Of a DNA stretch of 64,000 nucleotides, positions 54,599 to 62,547 are shown one piece after another (positions within the stretch are counted from its first letter, which is position 1; every line of letters begins with the position of its first letter). Made by a program: the position numbers and the translations under genes. Under the pieces are notes generated by a model. It saw only the letters and a list, made by a program, of their open reading frames with translations, was not told the origin of the DNA and made no database searches. The DNA is taken from the sequence record NC_019410.1; one strand, given 5' to 3'.

Positions 54599-54736
54599 GG
54601 GACCCTTCGAAATTAACCTTTCGGGGACCCTGGGAAATCGTAAGGCAGGGACCCTGGCCATTTTCCGGCTGGGGACCCTGGCAAATTCACCGCCGGGGAC
54701 CCTCCGAAATTCATCCTCGGGGACCCTGGCAAATCA
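54599..54736 (+). repeat. six ~24-bp tandem repeats, core GGGACCCT(GGC/CCG)AAATT
   Basis: GGGACCC at 54599, 54624, 54648, 54672, 54696, 54720. Confidence 0.9.
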
Positions 54737-54747
54737 AGGAGCCGGCG

Positions 54748-54939
54748 ATGGCCGAATTTCTCGCCCTGATCCCCAACCTCGCGCCGTTCCTGGTCTGGGG
54801 AATCCTCCTCTGGATCGCCGCCGAGGTGGTCTGGAGCGTCTGCCTCTGGGTCTATGGCCTGCGGACCCTGTTCAAGTTGCACCGCGATGATCTGGCCGAG
54901 GCGATCAGCTTCGAGCGGGCCTTGAGCCCCTTCGACTAG
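54748..54939 (+). CDS. small membrane protein (63 aa)
   Basis: AAGGAG RBS; hydrophobic LAPFLVWGILLWIAAEVVWSVCLWV. Confidence 0.7.
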   Translation: MAEFLALIPNLAPFLVWGILLWIAAEVVWSVCLWVYGLRTLFKLHRDDLAEAISFERALSPFD

Positions 54940-55022
54940 GCGCGGCCTGCCGACCTAAGTCACGGACTGTAGGTTTCGTGACAAGGTGAGATATTCCACA
55001 ACGATTTCAAAGGCTTACTGCG

Positions 55023-55271
55023 ATGTCGATCCGCACGTTCTTCCACGATCTGGCCGTCCGTTTCGTCGTTTTGGGGTGGATTTTTGCCCGAAAACCGCTG
55101 AAATGGGCTCCAAAAGGGCATAATTTTCAGCCTAAACCGCCGGTCCAGGTCGGCGCCCTGGCGGCCGGCTCGCTCCTCGCCCTCAGTCTGGCGCTCGGCG
55201 GGCTCTGGTTCCGCTTCACGTTTCCGGACAAAAGTCAAGTGGTCTCGCGCCGGCCGCAGGCTATGTCATAG
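55023..55271 (+). CDS. small membrane protein (82 aa)
   Basis: Two hydrophobic segments; lower GC; weak RBS. Confidence 0.5.
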   Translation: MSIRTFFHDLAVRFVVLGWIFARKPLKWAPKGHNFQPKPPVQVGALAAGSLLALSLALGGLWFRFTFPDKSQVVSRRPQAMS

Positions 55272-55332
55272 ACCGTGGGCTTCGTGACCAGATCACGCTT
55301 CCGTTACCGCTCCAGCCCTTGTGAGGCCTCGG

Positions 55333-55437
55333 ATGTTCGCCTTTCTCCGCCGGCTCAGCCTCGCCGCCGTCCATGGCGTGCTCTGGGCGATCCTCCTGGC
55401 GATGCTCGCCCTGGGCGGGCCGCGCCGCCCGCTCTAA
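55333..55437 (+). CDS. 34-aa hydrophobic peptide
   Basis: Manual translation MFAFLRRLSLAAVHGVLWAILLAMLALGGPRRPL; GAGG RBS. Confidence 0.55.
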   Translation: MFAFLRRLSLAAVHGVLWAILLAMLALGGPRRPL

Positions 55438-55489
55438 AGCGTCATATCTGACGCCTAAGGCCCCCTAAGGCCTCATCTGTGAGACATTC

Positions 55490-55525
55490 AACGCCCTCGT
55501 GTTCCTCTGAACGCGGGGGCGTTTT
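55490..55525 (+). terminator. Rho-independent terminator
   Basis: AACGCCCTCGTGTTC-CTCT-GAACGCGGGGGCGTT (G-U pairs) then T-run. Confidence 0.7.
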
Positions 55526-55630
55526 GACGTCGGCGCATTTTTGACTTGACGCGCGAGCGTTTTGACGCGGGCGCATTTTTGATTCGACGGGCGAGCGTTT
55601 TGACGTCCGAGCATTTTTCAACTTGACGTC
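55519..55630 (+). repeat. three 38-bp tandem repeats
   Basis: GCGTTTTGACGnnnGnGCATTTTTnAnTnGACG units at 55519, 55557, 55595. Confidence 0.9.
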
Positions 55631-55657
55631 GTTCCATTTACCGGGAGCGCCTTAGGG

Positions 55658-55824
55658 TTAACGCCGGCCGCCGAGCCCTGGGGCGATTTACCACCGCCAC
55701 GTTAACCTAACGCCTGTTAACCTATCGGTTGTTAAGGTTAACGCCCCGTTAGGGTTAACGCCCCTTAACCCTGCCCGCGTTAAGGTTAACGCGCCCCGGC
55801 CCAGGCCCTACCCGTTAACCTTAA
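55658..55824. promoter_or_regulatory. dense cluster of 11 TTAA (CtrA half-site-like) motifs
   Basis: TTAA at 55658, 55702, 55717, 55732, 55738, 55755, 55765, 55780, 55786, 55815, 55821. Confidence 0.7.
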
Positions 55825-55848
55825 CCGCCCGACCCCCGCGCCCAGGCC

Positions 55849-55882
55849 ATACCCGGTAGGGCCTGACGGCCCTACCGGGTAT
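55849..55882. repeat. perfect 15-bp inverted repeat with 4-nt loop
   Basis: ATACCCGGTAGGGCC-TGAC-GGCCCTACCGGGTAT. Confidence 0.9.
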
Positions 55883-55936
55883 GACCCCGCGCCCCGGCGG
55901 AGGCCAGGGACCGCCCCGGCGCTTTTTCGCGCCCCG

Positions 55937-55968
55937 TTTACCTTTTGTTAACGTCTGGCCTCTAGGGT
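55937..55968 (+). promoter_or_regulatory. CtrA-box promoter 1
   Basis: TTTA-CCTTTTG-TTAAC-N10-TAGGGT. Confidence 0.8.
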
Positions 55969-56016
55969 CGCCCTTGTCCCCGCCGCACTCCCGCGCCGGG
56001 CAAGGAGCTTCCCGCC

Positions 56017-56202
56017 ATGGTCCCCGACTCGATCATGAACCCCCGCGACCACTTCCACCGCCTGCGCGAGGAAACCGCCCGCGCTCTGGTCGAGGCCTTC
56101 GCCGAATCCGACCCCGGCGAGGATTACCGCGCCGAGGAAAAGGCCGGCGCGTGGGTTGTCGCCTATTACGACGCGGCGGGCGAATTCGTCGCCTATCTCT
56201 AG
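56017..56202 (+). CDS. hypothetical protein (61 aa)
   Basis: AAGGAG RBS. Confidence 0.7.
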   Translation: MVPDSIMNPRDHFHRLREETARALVEAFAESDPGEDYRAEEKAGAWVVAYYDAAGEFVAYL

Positions 56203-56226
56203 CCGCCTTCGCCCCCTGGCGCCGCG

Positions 56227-56258
56227 TTAACGGTTTGTTAACATGTCGGCGCCAGGGT
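56227..56258 (+). promoter_or_regulatory. CtrA-box promoter 2
   Basis: Perfect TTAA-CGGTTTG-TTAAC-N10-CAGGGT. Confidence 0.8.
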
Positions 56259-56301
56259 CGCCCTAGCCCGGCGCGTCGCCGCGCCTTCGGAGAAAACCGC
56301 C

Positions 56302-57105
56302 ATGCTCTACACCCCCGCCGCCCGCCGCCTTCGCGGCTATCGCGAAACCGCCGCGAAGAACGCCGAAATTCACGCCCGCCCGCACATGGCCGGCAACGTC
56401 GCCGGCTACAACGAGTCGGTGTGGCCGACGACGGCGCTAGGCGTCGCCGCCAAGGCCGGCGCCTTCAAGCGCCCCGAAACCGCCGGCAACTGGTCGGAGG
56501 ATCGCAAAGCCTATTACGCCCCCGCGTGGCCGGCCGGCTGGCGCGTGCTGGGCACGGCCGAAGAGGTCTGCCGCAAGGAAGGCTCGCGCCGGGTGGAACA
56601 TTCCGGATGGTACACGACGCCCGACGACTACAGCGCCACGCTTTCGGGCTATGTGCTGCAAATCCCCGCCCGCGACGGCCGCCCGCAATACGTCGCCGGG
56701 ACCGCCCATAGTGAATGGGACGGGGTGACCCTCTACCCCGCCGACCGCTACGACAACCCGCTTGACGCGGCGAGCGCCGCCGACCGTCACGCCGAACGCG
56801 ACGCCGAAGAGGAACGCGAATATCAAACCGCGTGGCAAGCGGGCCAGCGCTACGCCGAACTCGGCGCCGAAGCCAAGGAGGCCCGCAAGGAAGCGCTGGC
56901 GATCCTCGCCGAACGCCGCAAGGTCAAGGGGCTGGAAACCCCCGCCTTGTGCGGCGCGATCCGGGCGCAAGTCGCGGCCCTGCTAGGCCGGATCGAAGAG
57001 GCGCGCGCCTCGCGCGCCAAGCTCAAGGAAGGCGAGGACTCGCGCCTCATGTTCTACCCCTCCGCCGCCATGGTCGCGGCCTTCAATGACGGCGCGGCGT
57101 CGTGA
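56302..57105 (+). CDS. hypothetical protein (267 aa)
   Basis: GGAG RBS. Confidence 0.75.
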   Translation: MLYTPAARRLRGYRETAAKNAEIHARPHMAGNVAGYNESVWPTTALGVAAKAGAFKRPETAGNWSEDRKAYYAPAWPAGWRVLGTAEEVCRKEGSRRVEHSGWYTTPDDYSATLSGYVLQIPARDGRPQYVAGTAHSEWDGVTLYPADRYDNPLDAASAADRHAERDAEEEREYQTAWQAGQRYAELGAEAKEARKEALAILAERRKVKGLETPALCGAIRAQVAALLGRIEEARASRAKLKEGEDSRLMFYPSAAMVAAFNDGAAS

Positions 57106-57311
57106 AGGTCGCCCGCGATAGCTTCGCCGTGTTCTGGACCCTCCCGCAAGGCGGGGTCCAATTTCACGCCGACATAAAACGGGCGCTCTATCCGACCGCC
57201 CGCGACGCCGCCCGCGCTTTTAGCGCCATGTTCCCCCGTGACCGGGTCCGGAGCGTCCGCGACGCCTCCGGCCGCTTCCTGGCCTTCAAGGAGTCCGCCC
57301 CGTGCGCCTGA
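57102..57311 (+). CDS. hypothetical protein (69 aa)
   Basis: GTGA coupling. Confidence 0.6.
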   Translation: MKVARDSFAVFWTLPQGGVQFHADIKRALYPTARDAARAFSAMFPRDRVRSVRDASGRFLAFKESAPCA

Positions 57312-57583
57312 CAAGCTACAACGTCAACGGAACCGGCTTTAAGGGCGGCTCCGCCCCGCCCGTCCCCGCCCAAGGCCTGACCGGTCACGCCGACGGCTTG
57401 AACCTTTGGGTTCCCTCGCGCGAGCATATCGCCGCCATGCTCCCGCAACGCTGGCGCCACGCCTTCGCCCGCGCGTCGTTTTGGTATGACGCGCACGACA
57501 ATAAAAAGCCGTGTCGCGCCGACCTCTACGACTCGCGCGGCCGGTACCTGACTCAGGTCTGGGCGCACCCGGTTTTCAGCTAG
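57302..57583 (+). CDS. hypothetical protein (93 aa)
   Basis: AAGGAG RBS, GTG start. Confidence 0.65.
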   Translation: MRLTSYNVNGTGFKGGSAPPVPAQGLTGHADGLNLWVPSREHIAAMLPQRWRHAFARASFWYDAHDNKKPCRADLYDSRGRYLTQVWAHPVFS

Positions 57584-57589
57584 GCCAGG

Positions 57590-57625
57590 ACGCCCCGGAA
57601 AATCTTCCGGGGCGTTTACCTTTTG
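57590..57625 (+). terminator. terminator overlapping CtrA box
   Basis: ACGCCCCGGAA-AATC-TTCCGGGGCGT then TTACCTTTT. Confidence 0.75.
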
Positions 57626-57678
57626 TTAACCTCTGGCCTCTAGGGTGACTTTCGCCGCCGGGCAATCCCGCCCGCCGG
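57615..57678 (+). promoter_or_regulatory. CtrA-box promoter 3 plus AATCCC-loop hairpin
   Basis: TTTA-CCTTTTG-TTAAC-N10-TAGGGT; GGGC-AATCCC-GCCC at 57660-57673. Confidence 0.8.
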
Positions 57679-57704
57679 ACCCTCTTTCAAGGATTGCTCC
57701 CGTC

Positions 57705-58754
57705 ATGACCTCTCATTCCATGGTCGCGCACCGTTGGGCGCAGGACGACGAGAACGGCCGCACCGCGCGCGGCTTCAACATGTATTTCGAGCGCTACGGG
57801 CGCGGCGCCGACCGCGTCAACGTGATTTTTTCCTACGGGACTCACTTCCCGGCCGCCGCCTTCGTGACCGACGCGCACGGCCGCCGCGTGGTTCTGGTGA
57901 CGACTCGCGGCTACAGCGTTTCGACCGCGAAACACCTTTCCCACATCCGCCGCGCCATCCCGTCCGGGACCCCCTGCTTTTCCGTGCCGCACGTGTCGCG
58001 GATGCACAAGCCGGGCGGGTCGGGCGACTTCCACGGGGACAACCTGCGCGCCTATGTCGAGAGCGCCGCCGGCCTCGCCGAAAAGGCCAAGCGCGCCCGC
58101 GTCAACGGCCCTTGGCTGCTTAGCCAAGCCCGCGAAACCCTCGCCGAAGCGCAACGCTACGCCGACGCCTTCAAGCTGAAAACCAAGGTTCCGGCCTTGG
58201 AAGACGTCGCCGGCCAATGGGCGAAGATGACGGCCGCCAAGGCGCGGGCCGAAGCCAAGGCCAAGCGTGACGCCGAAAAGGCCGCCAAGGCGCGCCGCGA
58301 AGCCGAACGGCTCGCCGACGCCGAAGCCTTCGCCGCTTGGATGCGCGGCGAGCGCCAGAGCGCCCCGTTTAGCTACCGGGTGCGCGATGACGGGACCGTC
58401 TATCTTCGCCGCTTCCGGGGCGTGGTCCGCGACCTGCGCAGCCAAGAGCGCGACGGCTCGCGCGTCGATGAACTGCAAACCTCGCAAGGCGCGGCCGTGC
58501 CGTGGGAACACGCGGTCAAGGCCTTCCGGTTCATCAAGCTTTGCCGCGAACGCGGCGAGAGCTTCCACCGCAACGGCCGGGTGATTCGCGTCGGACACTT
58601 CCAAGTTGACGCGATCAGCCCGAACGGGGACATGACGGCCGGTTGTCACCGGTTCGCGTGGGATGAAATCGAACGCCTCGCCAGGGCCGAAGGGGTTTTC
58701 GACCTCCCCGCCGACGCTGGCGCCGTCGAAACCCGGCAAGCCGAACCGGCCTAA
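57705..58754 (+). CDS. hypothetical phage protein (349 aa)
   Basis: AAGGATTGC leader; FSYGTHF...GYSVSTAKH and TSQGA...VGHF...GCH motifs. Confidence 0.75.
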   Translation: MTSHSMVAHRWAQDDENGRTARGFNMYFERYGRGADRVNVIFSYGTHFPAAAFVTDAHGRRVVLVTTRGYSVSTAKHLSHIRRAIPSGTPCFSVPHVSRMHKPGGSGDFHGDNLRAYVESAAGLAEKAKRARVNGPWLLSQARETLAEAQRYADAFKLKTKVPALEDVAGQWAKMTAAKARAEAKAKRDAEKAAKARREAERLADAEAFAAWMRGERQSAPFSYRVRDDGTVYLRRFRGVVRDLRSQERDGSRVDELQTSQGAAVPWEHAVKAFRFIKLCRERGESFHRNGRVIRVGHFQVDAISPNGDMTAGCHRFAWDEIERLARAEGVFDLPADAGAVETRQAEPA

Positions 58755-58772
58755 GCCTCCCCGCCCCTCTCG

Positions 58773-58799
58773 CGCCCCGGCTCCCCGCCGGGGCGTTTT
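58773..58799 (+). terminator. Rho-independent terminator
   Basis: CGCCCCGG-N7-CCGGGGCG-TTTT. Confidence 0.75.
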
Positions 58800-58809
58800 C
58801 GTGTACGCG

Positions 58810-58873
58810 GTAACCTTTTGTTAACTTCTGGCCTCTAGGGTGACTTTCGCCGCCGGGCAATCCCGCCCGCCGG
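58810..58873 (+). promoter_or_regulatory. CtrA-box promoter 4 plus AATCCC-loop hairpin
   Basis: GTAA-CCTTTTG-TTAAC-N10-TAGGGT; AATCCC at 58859. Confidence 0.8.
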
Positions 58874-58889
58874 CCAAGGATCGCAGACT

Positions 58890-59189
58890 ATGAATCTTTT
58901 CGTTGTCGCCATTGACCCCGCCCTCATCCCTTCGGCCGCCGGCTTCGTGGTCGCCTCCCCCTACGGGTGCGGCAAGTGGCGCGCGTGCGTCGGGAGCGAG
59001 GCGGACATGATCGCGCTTCGCGACAAGATGCGCCGCGCGCACCCGGCCCCGGAAGGCTACAGCGTCCAGCCCCTGGCGTCGTTCCTGGCCTATCTGGAGA
59101 CGGTCGGGGATAGCCCTTATGACCGGTTCCGCGCCCATGACGCCGCCGCCCGCATCCTTGACACCCTGACGACGCATCTCGCCGCCTAG
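58890..59189 (+). CDS. hypothetical protein (99 aa)
   Basis: AAGGATCGC leader. Confidence 0.7.
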   Translation: MNLFVVAIDPALIPSAAGFVVASPYGCGKWRACVGSEADMIALRDKMRRAHPAPEGYSVQPLASFLAYLETVGDSPYDRFRAHDAAARILDTLTTHLAA

Positions 59190-59247
59190 CCCCGCCAAGC
59201 CCCCGGCCGCGCGCCGGGGGCGCTTTCCCTCGAAAGGATCGCCGACC

Positions 59248-59559
59248 ATGACAACCCGTCTTATCGCCGTTCGCGGCCCGACCGCCGCCGAACTCGCCGA
59301 CCCGTCCAGCCGCGCGGGCGGCGCCGAAGTCGTTTTCGAGCGCCGCGACCGCGAAGGCCGCACGCGCCTTGTGTTCGCCTCGACCTGCTACGGCTCATAT
59401 CAGCAATGGGGCGAAACCCGCGACGTGCTCGCCGACAACGTCGAGGCGGTCACGCTCTGGGCCGAAGGCATGGCGGCCGTTGCCGCCCTCATCGACGAGA
59501 GCGACGACGACGACGAGAGCGACGACGCCCCGGCCGAAGATGACGACGGGGAGGCGTGA
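59248..59559 (+). CDS. hypothetical protein with acidic tail (103 aa)
   Basis: AAGGATCGC leader. Confidence 0.7.
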   Translation: MTTRLIAVRGPTAAELADPSSRAGGAEVVFERRDREGRTRLVFASTCYGSYQQWGETRDVLADNVEAVTLWAEGMAAVAALIDESDDDDESDDAPAEDDDGEA

Positions 59560-59562
59560 GCC

Positions 59563-59982
59563 ATGCGCACAACCAAGGCTCAACGCTTCGCCGCCATCGC
59601 CTTTGACGCCCTGGCCAAGGCCCTAAGCGAGCCGCGCCAAGCCGTCGCCCGCGTGACCAAATGGGAGGGCGCGGGCCATAGCTTCGCCAACCTGCAACGC
59701 GATTATGAGCGGTACGGCCCCGGCGCCCGCTCATGGTTCGGCCGGGCTGAAATGCGCTTCTTTGGGACGCGCCTAGAGGCCGCGCCGCTGGATTTCCCGG
59801 CGCTGGGCTGCACCCTCTTTCTGACCTCCGAAACCCCGCCCGGCGCCGGCCGGGTCTGGACCCTTCGCGCCTATGTCTGGGCTTCGGCCGATATCACCAC
59901 GCTAACCCATGGCGACGAAACCGACGCGGCGACCGCGCAAGCGGCCTTTGACCTGCTTTGGCGGGTCCTTTCCGGACAGTAA
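59563..59982 (+). CDS. hypothetical protein (139 aa)
   Basis: GGAGG RBS; WFGRAEMRFFGTRL motif. Confidence 0.7.
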   Translation: MRTTKAQRFAAIAFDALAKALSEPRQAVARVTKWEGAGHSFANLQRDYERYGPGARSWFGRAEMRFFGTRLEAAPLDFPALGCTLFLTSETPPGAGRVWTLRAYVWASADITTLTHGDETDAATAQAAFDLLWRVLSGQ

Positions 59983-60042
59983 CCTTTTGTTAACTTCTGC
60001 CCGCTAGGGTCTTCTTGCGGCCGGGCAATCCCGCCCGGCCGC
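59979..60042 (+). promoter_or_regulatory. CtrA-box promoter 5 plus AATCCC-loop hairpin
   Basis: GTAA-CCTTTTG-TTAAC-N10-TAGGGT; perfect stem GCGGCCGGGC-AATCCC-GCCCGGCCGC 60017-60042. Confidence 0.8.
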
Positions 60043-60060
60043 ATCTTGGAGACAGCGCCC

Positions 60061-60333
60061 ATGACCCGCGCTCAAGCCCTCGCCGACATGAACGCCCTTC
60101 CCGGTATCATCGCCTCCTTTGAGCGCGAGACGGGCGAATATCGCGTGACCCTGCGCTTTGGCCCGCTCCCCATGGGGCGCGGCGCCCAAGAGTGGATGCG
60201 CGCGCGCCGCGAAGCCGTCGCCAGCTACAGCGACGACAAGGCCGACGCCCTGGCCACCGCCCGCGACATGTCCGCCCGCTGGGAGGCGATGAGCGCCGAA
60301 GAGCGTTCGCGCCTCTATCACAACCCCGCCTAA
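60061..60333 (+). CDS. hypothetical protein (90 aa)
   Basis: GGAG RBS before ATG 60061. Confidence 0.7.
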   Translation: MTRAQALADMNALPGIIASFERETGEYRVTLRFGPLPMGRGAQEWMRARREAVASYSDDKADALATARDMSARWEAMSAEERSRLYHNPA

Positions 60334-60399
60334 GACCCCGCGCGCCGCCCTGGCCTTCGCCGGGGCGGCTCCCTCAACCCCTCGCAAGGATCGCACCCC

Positions 60400-60684
60400 A
60401 TGACCGCCCGTAAGCCCCTGACCAAGGAACAAAAGGCCCGCCGCCGCGCGACCCGCCGCGCCGCCCGCCTCAACTGGTCGGATGAGCGCCGCGCTCGCGA
60501 ATTCGAGCGTCAAGCCCGCTTCTTCCTGATGATCGCCACCCGCGCCCAAGGCGCCGGCCAAGGCCAGGAAGCCGCCCGCCTCGCCACGGTCGCACAACGC
60601 AAGGTGACTAACTGGCGCATGGCGCAGGCCTGCGCCCGGATTAACGCCCTGGCCGCGCATCCGTTCGCGGCCGTGGTCGCCTAA
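60400..60684 (+). CDS. hypothetical basic protein (94 aa)
   Basis: AAGGATCGC leader. Confidence 0.7.
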   Translation: MTARKPLTKEQKARRRATRRAARLNWSDERRAREFERQARFFLMIATRAQGAGQGQEAARLATVAQRKVTNWRMAQACARINALAAHPFAAVVA

Positions 60685-60697
60685 GGAGGCCCGCCCG

Positions 60698-60880
60698 ATG
60701 ACGCACCCTCACGCCCTGGCGCTGATCGCCCTCGCCGAAAAGGTGTTACCGCTTACCCGGCTGCACCCGCTCGACCAACGCGCCGCCGCCGTCGATCTAA
60801 TCGGCGACCTCTACCGCCTCGCCGACGATATCGACGCGACCCCGCAAGCCCCCGCCCTGACGCAACCGAAGGCCGCCTAA
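60698..60880 (+). CDS. hypothetical protein (60 aa)
   Basis: AAGGAGG RBS. Confidence 0.7.
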   Translation: MTHPHALALIALAEKVLPLTRLHPLDQRAAAVDLIGDLYRLADDIDATPQAPALTQPKAA

Positions 60881-60883
60881 GCC

Positions 60884-61474
60884 ATGAACCCGAACCGCTA
60901 CCGCCTCGCGCCCCGCGACCGCTTCAGCCGTGAGCTTGCCGAAACGCTCTATCAGGCGGCCGAAGCCGTCGCCCGCGTGATTCCGCTCATGCCGGAGTCC
61001 GCCCCCGATGAGCGCCGCGCGCTGGGCAAGGTCCGCGCCGACCTTCTAACCCATAGCGCCGGCGCCCTTGTTCCCAAGCCGCCGGCCGCCGTGCTCGAAA
61101 CCCTCGTTTGGGTTGTCGAGATGGCGCAAGATCGCGCGACTAACGCCGATTTCAACACCGCCCAAGAAGGACTCGACGAGCACGAGTCCCTAGCCTTTGT
61201 CGCCGACTGGCTGGAAGCCGAAGGCCAGGACGTGACGCCGATTCGCAACGCGCAACCGTCCGCCGACGCCCTGGCCGAACTCGCCGCCCGCCGCGACGCC
61301 GAACAAGCGGCGCTAGACGCCTTGGAGGCCGAAGCCCTGGCCGAAGCGCCGGGCGACGTGATCACCGACGCCTTGCGCCCCTATCTGGGCGCCGCCCTGG
61401 CCGAAAACCACGCCGACGACGTGCTAGACGCCCTCACGCGCGCCGGCTTCCAAATCACCCGCAAGGAGGCCTAA
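60884..61474 (+). CDS. hypothetical protein (196 aa)
   Basis: Operon packing. Confidence 0.7.
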   Translation: MNPNRYRLAPRDRFSRELAETLYQAAEAVARVIPLMPESAPDERRALGKVRADLLTHSAGALVPKPPAAVLETLVWVVEMAQDRATNADFNTAQEGLDEHESLAFVADWLEAEGQDVTPIRNAQPSADALAELAARRDAEQAALDALEAEALAEAPGDVITDALRPYLGAALAENHADDVLDALTRAGFQITRKEA

Positions 61475-61479
61475 AGCCC

Positions 61480-62058
61480 ATGACCGACTCCGCCAAGATC
61501 ACCGGCGCGCTCGCGCTACTCGCCATCGCGGCCGATAATCTCCGCCAAGGCCCGGCCATGTCCAAGGCCGCCGACAACGTCACCAACGTCTGTAACTACG
61601 CCCTGACGCGCGCGACCATGCTCAAGGCCGCCGACCAAATCGGCGAGGCGCTGGAGGCGCTGGGCGCCCTGCAAGCGGGCGGCTATGTGATCGCCCGCCG
61701 CCGCGACGTTTTCACCGATGCGGGCGAGAAGCTGGGCGACCTGTTGGCGGCGCTTTATGACGCCGTCCCGAACTACGCCGTAAGATCGCAGCGCCTCGCC
61801 GACGCCCTGAGTCCCGCGCGAAATTACGTCTATCAGCCCCGGTTCCGGGTCAAGCTGGACGCCGCGCCCGGCGCGCTTTTGACCGACTGCGACACGGGCG
61901 CAACGGTCTATTTCCAGCCGGGCGACGACGCCGACGCCTTCCGGGCCGAATTCGCCCCGTGGGTTCACGCCGCCAACGTGACGGCCGAAGGCGCGGCCCT
62001 GGCCTCGATGATGAACCCGACCGCCGAAGAGTATTTCAGCCCCGCCACGGGGGTCTAA
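61480..62058 (+). CDS. hypothetical protein (192 aa)
   Basis: AAGGAGG RBS. Confidence 0.7.
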   Translation: MTDSAKITGALALLAIAADNLRQGPAMSKAADNVTNVCNYALTRATMLKAADQIGEALEALGALQAGGYVIARRRDVFTDAGEKLGDLLAALYDAVPNYAVRSQRLADALSPARNYVYQPRFRVKLDAAPGALLTDCDTGATVYFQPGDDADAFRAEFAPWVHAANVTAEGAALASMMNPTAEEYFSPATGV

Positions 62059-62063
62059 CGCCC

Positions 62064-62366
62064 GTGGCCCTGACCTTCGCCCCGCAATCGACGCGCTACG
62101 CCGTGGAAGTCCCCGAACGCGACTTTCTGGCCCTGACCCGCGCCGAGGAAATTCTAGCCCCTGGCCCCTATCTGGAGCCGTCGCTTAGCGAGCGTTTGGA
62201 GGCGCAAGCCGGCGTTTGGGATGTCGAGTATAACGGCCATTTCGGCGCGGCCGTTTACTTGACGCTCGACGTTGACGCCGACTCCCCGGCCGCCCGCGAC
62301 GCCCTGGCCTCGATCATCGCCGACCAACTGGCCAAGGCCAAGGCGTGGAAGCGCCAGCCCGCCTAA
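62064..62366 (+). CDS. hypothetical protein (100 aa)
   Basis: GTG 62064 within ORF 61959..62366; WDVEYNGHFG motif. Confidence 0.65.
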   Translation: MALTFAPQSTRYAVEVPERDFLALTRAEEILAPGPYLEPSLSERLEAQAGVWDVEYNGHFGAAVYLTLDVDADSPAARDALASIIADQLAKAKAWKRQPA

Positions 62367-62547
62367 GTCATCATTCCTATCGTCTATGACTTGTCACCGG
62401 CCGAACTCTTGCCCGGTGACAGTCTGGGCAAGTAAAGCTCACTCTGGATTTTATGACTTAGCGCAAAGGATTGAAATTGCTCGAAAAATTCCTCGAAGCT
62501 CACAAAGTTGTTTTCTGGCTGCTTTTGCTGGCCTGTTTGTGGCGCTT

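Noticed and set aside
54613-54882. Minus-strand ORF with LPGSP repeats
   Set aside because: It is the translation of the 24-bp DNA repeats, runs against the operon and has no RBS
54599-55630. CRISPR array reading of the 24-bp and 38-bp repeats
   Set aside because: Degenerate, directly tandem units with no unique 30-40-nt spacers and no cas genes
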